Positions 18,189 to 26,943 of a stretch of 64,000 bases of DNA are shown here, in pieces. The notes beneath the pieces were generated by a model. It searched no databases, had not been told where the DNA came from, and was given only the letters and a program-made list of their open reading frames with translations. The stretch is from a virus (Duplodnaviria; Caudoviricetes). The position numbers were made by a program, and so were the translations under genes. The DNA is taken from the IMG/VR virus record IMGVR_UViG_3300028832_000128, positions 1 to 64,000 of that record. The stretch is one strand, 5' to 3'. How positions within the stretch are numbered: position 1 is the first letter of the stretch; the number at the start of each line of letters is the position of its first letter.

Positions 18189-18296
18189 ACTTTTTGCGTC
18201 TCCTTAATTATTCCTTTTTCTGCTATCTCTGCCGTTTCGGCTCCGGCAGAAAAAGTTAAAACCCCGGAGCCATGCTGTATTTTAAGGAGACAGCAT

Positions 18297-18686
18297 TTAA
18301 AACGGCGGTGTATCGTCATCTTCTATGGCTTTATTATCTTGTTGTTGTTCCGGTTGTGTATCAGAACTCTTTTTTTCAACAACAATTCTTATAACTCTAC
18401 TTGCTGAAATTTTAATGTAAGTTCTTTTTTCTCCGTTATACTCTTCGGTATTTGTTTCAAGTTTTCCGTAAACTATAACCGGTTCACCTTTTTTTAATAA
18501 CATTGGTTTCCAAAGAACACAATTAAAAAAATACGCTCTGTTTACCCATTCGCCTGTATTTTTGTTTTTATAATCATCATTACAAGCGATTGCAAAAGTT
18601 GTCAGCTCTTTTCCTGAATTAGTCATTCTTTGCACACTGTCGGCAGTAACTCTGCCTGAAAGCGTTACACTGTTTAAATCTACCAC
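18297..18686 (-). CDS. ssb: Single-stranded DNA-binding protein
   Basis: NSVTLSGRVTAD OB-fold start, acidic DDDTPPF tail. Confidence 0.92.
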   Translation of the reverse strand: MVDLNSVTLSGRVTADSVQRMTNSGKELTTFAIACNDDYKNKNTGEWVNRAYFFNCVLWKPMLLKKGEPVIVYGKLETNTEEYNGEKRTYIKISASRVIRIVVEKKSSDTQPEQQQDNKAIEDDDTPPF

Positions 18687-18722
18687 TTTTTTCTGTCTCC
18701 TTATTTTTTAAAATTTTTGCAA

Positions 18723-18740
18723 ATTATCAATATTGATAAT
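18723..18740. promoter_or_regulatory. Isolated copy of the replication iteron palindrome
   Basis: attatcaatattgataat, same as iterons in the rep gene; also at 55859..55876. Confidence 0.7.
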
Positions 18741-19248
18741 CCGCCCGGCTTGAAAAAAAATTTTCAAAATCTACAACTAATAAAAAGCTTTTAATTTCTT
18801 AAAAAACTTTGCTTATCATTTTTGATAATTCTTCGCCATCTGTTTGATTCGAACAAACATCGCCATCTGTCTAAATCTATTATTTAATAGACTTAAAGTC
18901 GTTGGAATTTTAACCATTTAAACTAAGACAGCAGTAAATTTATATCATCAATGATAAATCTTTTAAATTTTCCGTGTTTCCGTCAGCCAAATTCAATTTT
19001 AAACAATAATTCTGTCTGTCTAAAATCGTTTTGTAAAAAACTCTCTGTATGGCTGACATTTTTAAAAGGAGAGCGGCTGTCAGGACCTACCCCCAACCGT
19101 GTCCGGACATCGAATCTTATATTATGTTAAGTTCGACCGCCTTTTTCCTTATTTTCTCGTCGATAAATTTGCTTTGTTTTACTTGTTTGTTTGTCTGCTT
19201 TGGCTTGCCCGGTTGCTTGTTTGTTTGGTTATCTGATCCAAACGCCTA

Positions 19249-19277
19249 TTGACATTTTAATACTTATCATGTAAAAT
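19249..19277 (+). promoter_or_regulatory. Sigma70-type promoter antisense to the late operon
   Basis: TTGACA-17-TAAAAT; conserved at 56392..56420. Confidence 0.7.
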
Positions 19278-19426
19278 ACATATATGCACGATAAATATAT
19301 TATTTATCACTTACCTACGCAGTTTAAAACAAGTCTAAAAAGGTCAAATTTTTCCCTTTAATTTCAACACGATAAAAACGGCTCATATTCCGATAACTCA
19401 CGTTATGTTAAGTTGCCAAAGACCAC

Positions 19427-20038
19427 CTAATTCATTAAATTTGATTGATTTTTCAATATATTTTTAATTAAAACTTTTGTAACTTTTGAATTATCTTCAG
19501 TTTTTTCGTTATTTTTTTCAAAATTAGCACTCTCAAAACTGCTTGAATTTTCAATACTTTTTGCATTTTTTGATTTTCCGTCAGTTAAAAGATCCAAAAT
19601 TTCAGTTCTTGAAGTCATTTTTACGGTCTCGGTTCTTGAAGTAACTCCACCGGAAAGCAATTGTATCTTATCTACTGCTATAGCCATCGCCATAGCTAAT
19701 TGACTTAATGACGCTTTTTCTCTCTTCTTTTTAAGCCCCATTTCCGTCAATATCTCTTGCGTTATTTCTTGCAGATTTTCGACGGTCTTTGTAGCCCAAT
19801 TCTTTGTTGTAGCAAGGACGGTATCTCGAATTTCCTTTTTTACCTGTCCTATTCTCTCCCCAAAGAGCCTGTTTATCTTAGTTATTGTATCAGGCGACAC
19901 TTTGTGTTTTTTTGCAATTTTGTCGTGCGAAACAAGCCCTATGCAAAGGTCAGAAACTATTGCATTGACTGTTGTTTCAGGGAGATTAATTTTTTCTAAA
20001 TTTTCAGTATTTTCCATATTATTTTTTATGCACGACAA
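19427..20038 (-). CDS. Putative terminase small subunit (HTH); start may be 20017
   Basis: N-terminal HTH (HDKIAKKHKVSPDTI) and helical oligomerisation-like segment; first gene of late region. Confidence 0.5.
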   Translation of the reverse strand: MSCIKNNMENTENLEKINLPETTVNAIVSDLCIGLVSHDKIAKKHKVSPDTITKINRLFGERIGQVKKEIRDTVLATTKNWATKTVENLQEITQEILTEMGLKKKREKASLSQLAMAMAIAVDKIQLLSGGVTSRTETVKMTSRTEILDLLTDGKSKNAKSIENSSSFESANFEKNNEKTEDNSKVTKVLIKNILKNQSNLMN

Positions 20039-20110
20039 CCTAATATTTTTAACTTCTAAAATCTTAATTTTATAGACGATAAAATCATTATACCGGTATC
20101 AAATACGGTA

Positions 20111-20455
20111 TTATTTAATTTCGCAAAGTAAAGCATATATCCGCCGTTCGCTTACACCTATCAACTTATGTATTTTTCGACGACCGTAACCAAGTTGAAA
20201 ATGTAAAAAAATAACAAATCTTTCAATTTTGGTATATCGTCCTAAAGCGGTTATCTTTGCTTTTTTTTCAAATTTCAAATAGCTGTTATATTCTGTTGAT
20301 CTTAATTTGCTTTTATAATTAACGGATATTTTCCGTTCTACATATTTTCGTCTAACAAACTTGTAAAACTTTTCATCCGGAATCAATTTTATCTTTGGAG
20401 CTTTGCTTTTATATTCGTCTATATCAAACAACAAATTTTGTCTTTTTCTCGTCAT
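20111..20455 (-). CDS. Sigma70 region-4-like HTH protein, candidate late regulator
   Basis: ERFVIFLHFQLGYGRRKIHKLIGVSERRI; position between replication and late genes. Confidence 0.6.
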   Translation of the reverse strand: MTRKRQNLLFDIDEYKSKAPKIKLIPDEKFYKFVRRKYVERKISVNYKSKLRSTEYNSYLKFEKKAKITALGRYTKIERFVIFLHFQLGYGRRKIHKLIGVSERRIYALLCEIK

Positions 20456-20460
20456 AAAAT

Positions 20461-20505
20461 AAAAAAGACGGCAATAAACAGAGTTTAACTCTGCTTATTA
20501 CCGTC
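20461..20505 (-). terminator. Intrinsic terminator upstream of late regulator
   Basis: 17-bp stem gacggtaataagcagag / ctctgtttattgccgtc then U6. Confidence 0.85.
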
Positions 20506-20593
20506 CATATTTGTTAAATTATTATAACTGCAAATAAAAAAAGCCAAAGAAAAAAATGTCCTTCTTACCCATTTTTTATCTTTCGCCGATTTG

Positions 20594-20622
20594 ATTTTAA
20601 TATATTTTAAAAAAAATGTCAA
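20594..20622 (-). promoter_or_regulatory. Sigma70-type promoter
   Basis: TTGACA-17-TAAAAT. Confidence 0.75.
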
Positions 20623-20630
20623 CATATTTT

Positions 20631-21803
20631 TTACCTATGCACGATAATTTTTAAAACTTGCACAAGTCTCGTAAGTTCTTGTTTCCAATTTTTTTTATAT
20701 TCGTCTATATGTTTAAGTGCTTCAAATTGTCCGTATTTACTTTTTAAATCTGCCATCATTACATTAAAATTCACAGTCTTATATACTATATCTTGTGTTT
20801 TGTTTTCTTTAATATCTATATGTTGTGTTTGTTCTTTTTGTTTTTCTTGTTCTTTTCTCTTATTTACTGCTGCAACACAAATTTGATTACAGGATGTTTC
20901 TAATACTTCCAACGAAAATTTATTATATTGCCAAGCAGATTTATTCGTCGCAAGTTTAAAAAATTCTTTAATAATATAAGCCGCTTTAAGTTCTCCATAA
21001 GTTGTAAATATTCTGTTCATTATGCTCATATCTTTTTTAAAATTACATTTAAATTGATTATTAAATTCGGACTGAAACAACATACACCAATAACCTAAAA
21101 GTCTTTTACTTGCGTTATCAGAATTGATTAATGATTTTTTGTTATTAATATCTTCGATATTAATTTTAATATTATTTATATATATATTATTATAAAAACT
21201 TTTTTTTGTAATTTCGTATTCATTCAAATTTGCATTGATTTTTGAATTGATTTCTTGTTTATTATCAATATTGATAATTTCCTTATTTTGTTGTAAATTA
21301 TTATTGATTTTTAAGTCGTTTTTTGAATTTTCAAGCGTGTTATCAATATTGATAATTTGTTCTTTTTTTTCTTCGTTATTTAAATTGTTATCAATATTGA
21401 TAATTTTAACATCCTTTTTTTCTTGGTTATCGTCTATCTTTAAGCTATTTTTTTGATTTTTATTTGAATTTTCAACCGCATTATCAATATTGATAATTTG
21501 TTGCCACTTTTTCGTATTTTTTACAACCGTAAAATAGTTTTTTTTGCCTACTTTTTCTTTTATTATTATTCCCATATTCTGTAGGTTTTTTAAGCCTCTT
21601 AAAACATTTGTAACGCCTAATCCGGTAAGTTCCACAAACTCGATGTTTTCTATGCAATTTTTATTCATACCGTAGCCGTAAGTCTTAGCCAATATTACAT
21701 ATAACACCTGATGTGTTTCTCCTGCGATCCTAAGCCCTGCTAATCTTTCCCATATTTCAACATCGATTAAACCTTTTCTTTTATTTTCAAATAAATCATC
21801 CAT
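20631..21803 (-). CDS. Replication initiator, lambda O-like
   Basis: N-terminal VLYVILAKTYGY...FVELTGL winged HTH; internal iterons; followed in operon order by helicase neighbour. Confidence 0.8.
   Translation of the reverse strand: MDDLFENKRKGLIDVEIWERLAGLRIAGETHQVLYVILAKTYGYGMNKNCIENIEFVELTGLGVTNVLRGLKNLQNMGIIIKEKVGKKNYFTVVKNTKKWQQIINIDNAVENSNKNQKNSLKIDDNQEKKDVKIINIDNNLNNEEKKEQIINIDNTLENSKNDLKINNNLQQNKEIINIDNKQEINSKINANLNEYEITKKSFYNNIYINNIKINIEDINNKKSLINSDNASKRLLGYWCMLFQSEFNNQFKCNFKKDMSIMNRIFTTYGELKAAYIIKEFFKLATNKSAWQYNKFSLEVLETSCNQICVAAVNKRKEQEKQKEQTQHIDIKENKTQDIVYKTVNFNVMMADLKSKYGQFEALKHIDEYKKNWKQELTRLVQVLKIIVHR
21261..21496. repeat. Replication origin: four palindromic iterons inside rep
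   Basis: ttatcaatattgataa at 21262, 21340, 21388, 21481 (IINIDN repeats) beside an AT-rich tract. Confidence 0.8.
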
Positions 21804-23142
21804 ATTGCTCGTTCTCCTTATTAAAAAATTTAGTTTGCGTTGCTTCGAATATTAAATCTATATCGCCACACGCACCGTTACGGTTTTTTCCTATTCGTAT
21901 TTTGGCGTTTCTTTGCACCGTATCGTCGTTCGGTTTATAATATCCCTCACGCCACACAAACAAAACAACATCTGCGTCTTGTTCAATCGCTCCGGAATCT
22001 CTTAAATCACTTAACACCGGAATAGAGTTTTTTACTCCCCTTTGTTCAGGAGCTCTTGAAAGCTGGCTTAAAACAATAACAGGCACATCCAAATCCCTTG
22101 CCAAACTTTTTAATTGCCTCGAAATATCAGCTATTTGGTTGTTTTTATCTTTAATACTACTATCTCCTCTTAAAAGCTGTAAATAATCAATTACAATCAA
22201 ATCTAAATGCTTTCCTTTGGTTTTTAATTTATTTGCACAATTTCGGCTCTTGCTTCGAATATCAAAAGCCGTAGAATCGGCACTGTCGTCAATTAAAATA
22301 TTCATACTTCCTAACGATTGAGCTGCATTAGATAATTCAGCCCATTCATTATCTGCAATATTTGCGTATTTCAGTTTACTTGCACTCATACCGCTTACGG
22401 ATGATAACAACCTTTGTATTAATAACTTACGGCTCATTTCTAAACTAAACACCGCAACCGCTTTACCTGATGTAGCCACATTTTCGGCAATATTCAACGC
22501 AAAAGCGGTCTTTCCCATGGACGGACGCCCTGCAATAATTATCAGTTCTCCGTTTTGAAATCCGCCAATCCTTTTGTCTAAGTCGACAAATCCGCTTGCA
22601 AGCCCCGGCACAGCGGACCTGTTGCTATGCAAATATTCGATGTTTTGCACCGCCGAAACAATATCTTTATAAATCTCCGTCAAACTATTATCTTTAACGT
22701 TTTCACTTGCAACGGCAAATAATTCTTGTTGTGCATTATCTAATATTTCTTTTGCAGTTTTGGTTTGTTCTGATACATCGTTTGCAATTTGCATTGCCGC
22801 TTTCAAAGTTGCTCTCAATATGCTTTTTTCTCGCACAATATCGATATAACTTCTATATCCCGCCGTAGTTTGGACGTTATTAATTAAATTAGTAAGCCAA
22901 ACCGGACCGCCTTTTTCGGCGTAAATTTTATTGCTTTTTAATTCGTTGTTTACCGTAACAAGATCGACACTTTGCCCGTTTGTCCATAGTTTTTTACATA
23001 CATTAAATATGTCTGCGTGTATTCCCATATAAAAATCATTTTCGTTTAATCTCGAGCAAATTTCGCCGATAGTATCGGAATTTATAACCATACAAGCTAC
23101 TATAGCTCGTTCAGCGTTTAAATCTTGAGGAAATTCTTTCAT
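21796..23142 (-). CDS. dnaB: DnaB-like replicative helicase
   Basis: AGRPSMGKT, IDYLQL, LSQLSR, DLRDSGAIEQDAD, KNRNG. Confidence 0.95.
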   Translation of the reverse strand: MKEFPQDLNAERAIVACMVINSDTIGEICSRLNENDFYMGIHADIFNVCKKLWTNGQSVDLVTVNNELKSNKIYAEKGGPVWLTNLINNVQTTAGYRSYIDIVREKSILRATLKAAMQIANDVSEQTKTAKEILDNAQQELFAVASENVKDNSLTEIYKDIVSAVQNIEYLHSNRSAVPGLASGFVDLDKRIGGFQNGELIIIAGRPSMGKTAFALNIAENVATSGKAVAVFSLEMSRKLLIQRLLSSVSGMSASKLKYANIADNEWAELSNAAQSLGSMNILIDDSADSTAFDIRSKSRNCANKLKTKGKHLDLIVIDYLQLLRGDSSIKDKNNQIADISRQLKSLARDLDVPVIVLSQLSRAPEQRGVKNSIPVLSDLRDSGAIEQDADVVLFVWREGYYKPNDDTVQRNAKIRIGKNRNGACGDIDLIFEATQTKFFNKENEQYG

Positions 23143-23151
23143 TTTGCACCC

Positions 23152-23349
23152 TTAAAATAATTTCATTTGTTTGTTTTCTCGTTGCTGCAAATCTTCATAA
23201 TCTTTTAAAATCTCTTCGAATATTGCAACTTGTCTGTCTGCCTGAGTTTGTGTCATTCTTTTAGCTAAAACCAAATTAGGATATACTTTTTTTCTAAATC
23301 CCAACTCTCTTTTTATTGCCTGAATTTTATCTCTTGTTGTTATCGACAT
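23152..23349 (-). CDS. Hypothetical early protein
   Basis: Packed in early operon; identical translation in B. Confidence 0.7.
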   Translation of the reverse strand: MSITTRDKIQAIKRELGFRKKVYPNLVLAKRMTQTQADRQVAIFEEILKDYEDLQQRENKQMKLF

Positions 23350-23608
23350 CCGCTCTCTCCTTTTTCTTAAAATGTTTCATTACTCTGTTTATTGTTTCTT
23401 GTGATATTTCTTGAATATCATCCATGCAAAGCCAAAACTCTCTATTTAAAATTTTAAAATTCAAATCCCATGGAAACATTAAATTACAAATTAATAAATC
23501 ATCGTCGGTTTTGCGACATCCATCTTCACAGCCGTGTGTTTTTCTGTATTCCTTGCAGACCACTAATAATTCTTTCCTGCTAAACTCAACAACTATCTTG
23601 TCGTCCAT
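23327..23608 (-). CDS. Hypothetical early protein
   Basis: Packed in early operon. Confidence 0.6.
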   Translation of the reverse strand: MDDKIVVEFSRKELLVVCKEYRKTHGCEDGCRKTDDDLLICNLMFPWDLNFKILNREFWLCMDDIQEISQETINRVMKHFKKKERADVDNNKR

Positions 23609-23891
23609 TTAATTGTTTCCTTTGTAAAAATTTAACAAACAGATCTTTTTTCTTTTTTAATTGTTTTTCGAGTTCTCTTATTTCTCGTTTCATTTTTTCA
23701 ATTTCGCTTTCCGGATCCATTACACTCCACACATGTTCTTTTCTTTCTCCCATATACACCGCTATCATTTCAGCACAATCAAACTTGTCCATTGTTCTAA
23801 AATCAAGTATTATTTGTCTGCAAACATCTCTAAATTGCTCTTCGTCTTTTTCGTAATGATATTTAATTAATCTAAGTATTGTATTAATCAT
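23586..23891 (-). CDS. Hypothetical early protein
   Basis: Packed in early operon with RBS. Confidence 0.65.
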   Translation of the reverse strand: MINTILRLIKYHYEKDEEQFRDVCRQIILDFRTMDKFDCAEMIAVYMGERKEHVWSVMDPESEIEKMKREIRELEKQLKKKKDLFVKFLQRKQLNGRQDSC

Positions 23892-24056
23892 TTATTCGTC
23901 CTCTTTTTTCAGTGCGAAAAAAATCTGCAAAGTATGTCCTCTTCCTACACTAACCACAACCTGTCTGTTGTCTTTATGAATTACTTTCTGTATTATCCAT
24001 TTTTTTCCATCGACTTCTTCTATTACTCTACCTACTTTGTAATCACTAATTTTCAT
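23892..24056 (-). CDS. Small hypothetical protein (54 aa, below ORF-track cutoff)
   Basis: MKISDYKVGRVIEEVDGKKWIIQKVIHK...KKEDE; fills the gap exactly. Confidence 0.65.
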   Translation of the reverse strand: MKISDYKVGRVIEEVDGKKWIIQKVIHKDNRQVVVSVGRGHTLQIFFALKKEDE

Positions 24057-24057
24057 A

Positions 24058-24378
24058 TCAGCTATTTTCATTATTTATTCCCTCTTTGTCGCCAAATTTT
24101 GTTTTTATAAATTCAATTAAAAAATCTATTTCAGATATACAATGCCGCAACATTCTTACATGTTCTGTTTCTTCATGCATAAAATCACGTTCAAAATGCA
24201 AATGCGGATAAAATATCTCTTTGTTTTTTTTAGCAATTTTTTCCCGTTCTTTTTCTTCTTTTTTTCTTCTGTCTTCTTCTTGTAATGCTTTTGCTACATA
24301 CTCCGCATGCAATTTTTCGATTCTGTTTTTTAAAAATTTTTTTCTATTTTCCAATTCTTTTAATGTTATATAACGCAT
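24058..24378 (-). CDS. Hypothetical early protein
   Basis: Packed in early operon. Confidence 0.65.
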   Translation of the reverse strand: MRYITLKELENRKKFLKNRIEKLHAEYVAKALQEEDRRKKEEKEREKIAKKNKEIFYPHLHFERDFMHEETEHVRMLRHCISEIDFLIEFIKTKFGDKEGINNENS

Positions 24379-24382
24379 ATAT

Positions 24383-24640
24383 TTAACCCTTTTTCTTTTT
24401 TATTCTGTTTATGAATTTCTTTAAGCCGATTCTTGCACCTTTTAACGTTTTGTAACAATAGTCGTTGTAAAACACTCGTCTAAAGTCGTCTAAATAATAA
24501 ATAAATACAGTATTCCCTATTAATTCTCCTCTAACAACACGAATTGTGATTTTATCTATTGTCAGTTTATCGCCTAACCAATGTGTAACATAGACGGTAT
24601 CTCCCTGTTTAAATTTGCTTTTTACCTGAAATTTACTCAT
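24383..24640 (-). CDS. Hypothetical early protein
   Basis: Packed in early operon. Confidence 0.65.
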   Translation of the reverse strand: MSKFQVKSKFKQGDTVYVTHWLGDKLTIDKITIRVVRGELIGNTVFIYYLDDFRRVFYNDYCYKTLKGARIGLKKFINRIKKKKG

Positions 24641-24941
24641 TTTTTAATACCTTAAATTCAATATCAAAAACTTTTCCGTTATACTTTAAATCCGTATCTT
24701 TACCGTCAATAATTCTTGCTCTTTTTATAATCGCTTTTATTATTTTTTCTTTGTCGTTTTTCTTAGGATAACCTAAAGTAAAAACAATGTTAGGATTAGG
24801 CGGAATATATACATAAGTTCCCAAGTTTAAATGCTTATATATTCTATTAATCCAATATTTATTCCAAATCCTATATTCGTGTGTTTTCTCTCCGGATTTT
24901 ACCTTTTCAAACCACTCTTTCTTTAGATGAAACATTAACAT
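24633..24941 (-). CDS. ASCH-domain protein
   Basis: LKKEWFEKVKSGEKTHEYR motif; start moved to ATG after aggag. Confidence 0.8.
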   Translation of the reverse strand: MLMFHLKKEWFEKVKSGEKTHEYRIWNKYWINRIYKHLNLGTYVYIPPNPNIVFTLGYPKKNDKEKIIKAIIKRARIIDGKDTDLKYNGKVFDIEFKVLKNE

Positions 24942-25326
24942 TGTTTTGCTCCTGCGTTTCAAATTTTTTATATTCTCTAATAAAAACAGTTAATGCAATA
25001 AAAAAATCTCCTATAACTGACACTTCTTCGGATGAAAAATTAAATTCTCTTTCACATAAATTAATCAATCCGAATCCAGTGTTATTTGTTATTCTAATTA
25101 TCATTAAATAAGTTTTCCCTTTGTTCCAAAGAGTGTTTCTGACTTCAAGAAAAACATTTATTCTATCGTTTTGAAAAATATATTCTCGTTTTGATAAGAT
25201 TTCTCTGTTTCTTGACTCTATTTCTTTATAAATATTGTTTTTATCTATACATTTAAAGTTTAATTGTTTAAACAAACGACATATTATGTCTATTTCGATT
25301 TCTATCATTTCAGAAAAATCCCTCAT
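24907..25326 (-). CDS. Hypothetical early protein
   Basis: Start moved to ATG after aaggag (MRDFSE). Confidence 0.6.
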   Translation of the reverse strand: MRDFSEMIEIEIDIICRLFKQLNFKCIDKNNIYKEIESRNREILSKREYIFQNDRINVFLEVRNTLWNKGKTYLMIIRITNNTGFGLINLCEREFNFSSEEVSVIGDFFIALTVFIREYKKFETQEQNNVNVSSKERVV

Positions 25327-25345
25327 TCTTTGTTCTCCTTGCGTT

Positions 25346-25858
25346 TTAACAAACTTGTAAATTATATTTTCCGTATTTTTTAACAAAGTCTATATACTTA
25401 AAACTTCCGTCTATTTGTTGGTTTTTTATTTCAGTCTCTGTTGAATAATCGCAGTCGACATATAAATGACAACCGGATTCGTTTTTGTATTTAGCTAAAT
25501 TAAGTTTTTTGTGCCAATAATCAAAATGTTGTCTATCTGATAAAACAAGTAGTTTAAAATCTTTTTTATCACAATTTAAGTTCGAACCGAACTTAATACA
25601 TTCATCTAAATTTTTACATCTTCGAATATAAACTTTCCAACCGTCATCAAAATGGACTCCGAAAGGGTTAGAAAAACTCGCTCCTTCTAAAGGTTTTAAA
25701 CATTCTTTGCCTAATAAAAAATAAAGATGATCTAAAAGATTATCCTCTGTTTCAAAAACAGGATAACTTGTAGTTTTGTATAAGCTTTTAAAGATTGCTA
25801 AATATAAAGGTTTTTTATATTCTTTACAGAAAAAACGTCTAATCCAAAATGGAACCAT
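25346..25858 (-). CDS. Hypothetical early protein
   Basis: 170 aa, start overlaps upstream stop. Confidence 0.6.
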   Translation of the reverse strand: MVPFWIRRFFCKEYKKPLYLAIFKSLYKTTSYPVFETEDNLLDHLYFLLGKECLKPLEGASFSNPFGVHFDDGWKVYIRRCKNLDECIKFGSNLNCDKKDFKLLVLSDRQHFDYWHKKLNLAKYKNESGCHLYVDCDYSTETEIKNQQIDGSFKYIDFVKKYGKYNLQVC

Positions 25859-26112
25859 TATTTTGTCTCCTTAAAATAAACATATTTACCGTCTTTCCTT
25901 GCGAACGCTCCGCATGGCACCGCAGGACAATGAAACCTATTCAGGTTAAAAAAACACTTCTTACACTGCTCTTTAATACTGCTTTCAATTACTTCCAATT
26001 TAAATTTTCTAACGCCGTAATTACCATCTTCCCATTGATAAAATACAGGTAACTCCACAACTTCAACTACCATCTTCCTAAATGTATCCTTGTTTTTAAT
26101 TCGTTTCTCCAA
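25858..26112 (-). CDS. Hypothetical Cys-containing early protein
   Basis: CKKC...C...C pattern. Confidence 0.6.
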   Translation of the reverse strand: MEKRIKNKDTFRKMVVEVVELPVFYQWEDGNYGVRKFKLEVIESSIKEQCKKCFFNLNRFHCPAVPCGAFARKDGKYVYFKETK

Positions 26113-26264
26113 TAGCCGATCCGGTAATCATTAATCACGGAATTAACCACAAATAAAATCATAAATACTTTAAAATACCATGCACAACTTAAACTACATA
26201 CAAACCAAACCAACGCTGCCGGAATTAAAATTGTTCTTACTACAGCCCAAATCATTCTAAACAT
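26067..26264 (-). CDS. Small membrane protein
   Basis: Two hydrophobic segments. Confidence 0.55.
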   Translation of the reverse strand: MFRMIWAVVRTILIPAALVWFVCSLSCAWYFKVFMILFVVNSVINDYRIGYWRNELKTRIHLGRW

Positions 26265-26583
26265 GTTTTTCTTCTCCTTGATATTTTTTTATTACGTCTA
26301 ATTTTGCTTTTGCAATATCAAAATCAAACTGATATGTTCCTACTACGTAACCCATACCACCGGCGTTGCTCATACCTACGCCGATTTTTTCAGTTTTGTT
26401 TTTTGTGTATTGCAAATAAGCGTTATAAAGCTCTGTATTACCTTTTATTTTTTGAGTAACAATATAATTGCGGATAATCATACCGTCTAAATACGGAGTT
26501 CTTTTGATTTTTGTTTTGTGATAAGTAAACCTTAACACTCTCTCCAATAATTTCCCTACCTTATCAACCTGATAACCCTTCAT
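26257..26583 (-). CDS. Hypothetical early protein
   Basis: ATGA-coupled to upstream gene. Confidence 0.65.
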   Translation of the reverse strand: MKGYQVDKVGKLLERVLRFTYHKTKIKRTPYLDGMIIRNYIVTQKIKGNTELYNAYLQYTKNKTEKIGVGMSNAGGMGYVVGTYQFDFDIAKAKLDVIKKYQGEEKHV

Positions 26584-26789
26584 TTGTCCAGCTCCTTTTT
26601 AATTTTATTTAAACTCCAATATTTACAACCGTTTCCGAATTTTTTACCTGCAATTCCCCAAATCTTCATACGATGATAAACTCCGTCTCTATCTTTTAAA
26701 CCGAAAAATTGTCTCAAAAACTCCGCATTTACATATTTGTCGCCAAAAAGCTCCTTAACATCGGGCTTAATTTCATTTACTACTTGCAT
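26580..26789 (-). CDS. Excisionase-like winged-HTH protein
   Basis: YVNAEFLRQFFGL...VYHRMK...KYWSL pattern; first gene of early operon. Confidence 0.55.
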   Translation of the reverse strand: MQVVNEIKPDVKELFGDKYVNAEFLRQFFGLKDRDGVYHRMKIWGIAGKKFGNGCKYWSLNKIKKELDK

Positions 26790-26851
26790 ACAACCCCCTT
26801 AAAACCTTTTACAACCGTTGCAAAAACTACACAAAACGGCTATAATTAATA

Positions 26852-26943
26852 AAAGGCTGTAGGATATGGGTAAGATAACCTACAGCCGGCTCATAGCTCT
26901 CTTTTGGCGAAAGATACAACAATATTATTGTTGTCGCTATGAT
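26852..26943 (-). ncRNA. Candidate C4/CI-like antisense RNA in early leader
   Basis: Nested stems (tcatagc/gctatga, acaacaat/attgttgt, ggctgtagg/cctacagcc) exposing segments complementary to two promoter leaders. Confidence 0.6.

Noticed and set aside
19049-19252. 67-aa plus-strand ORF
   Set aside because: No equivalent frame listed for B although the DNA is homologous; no convincing RBS
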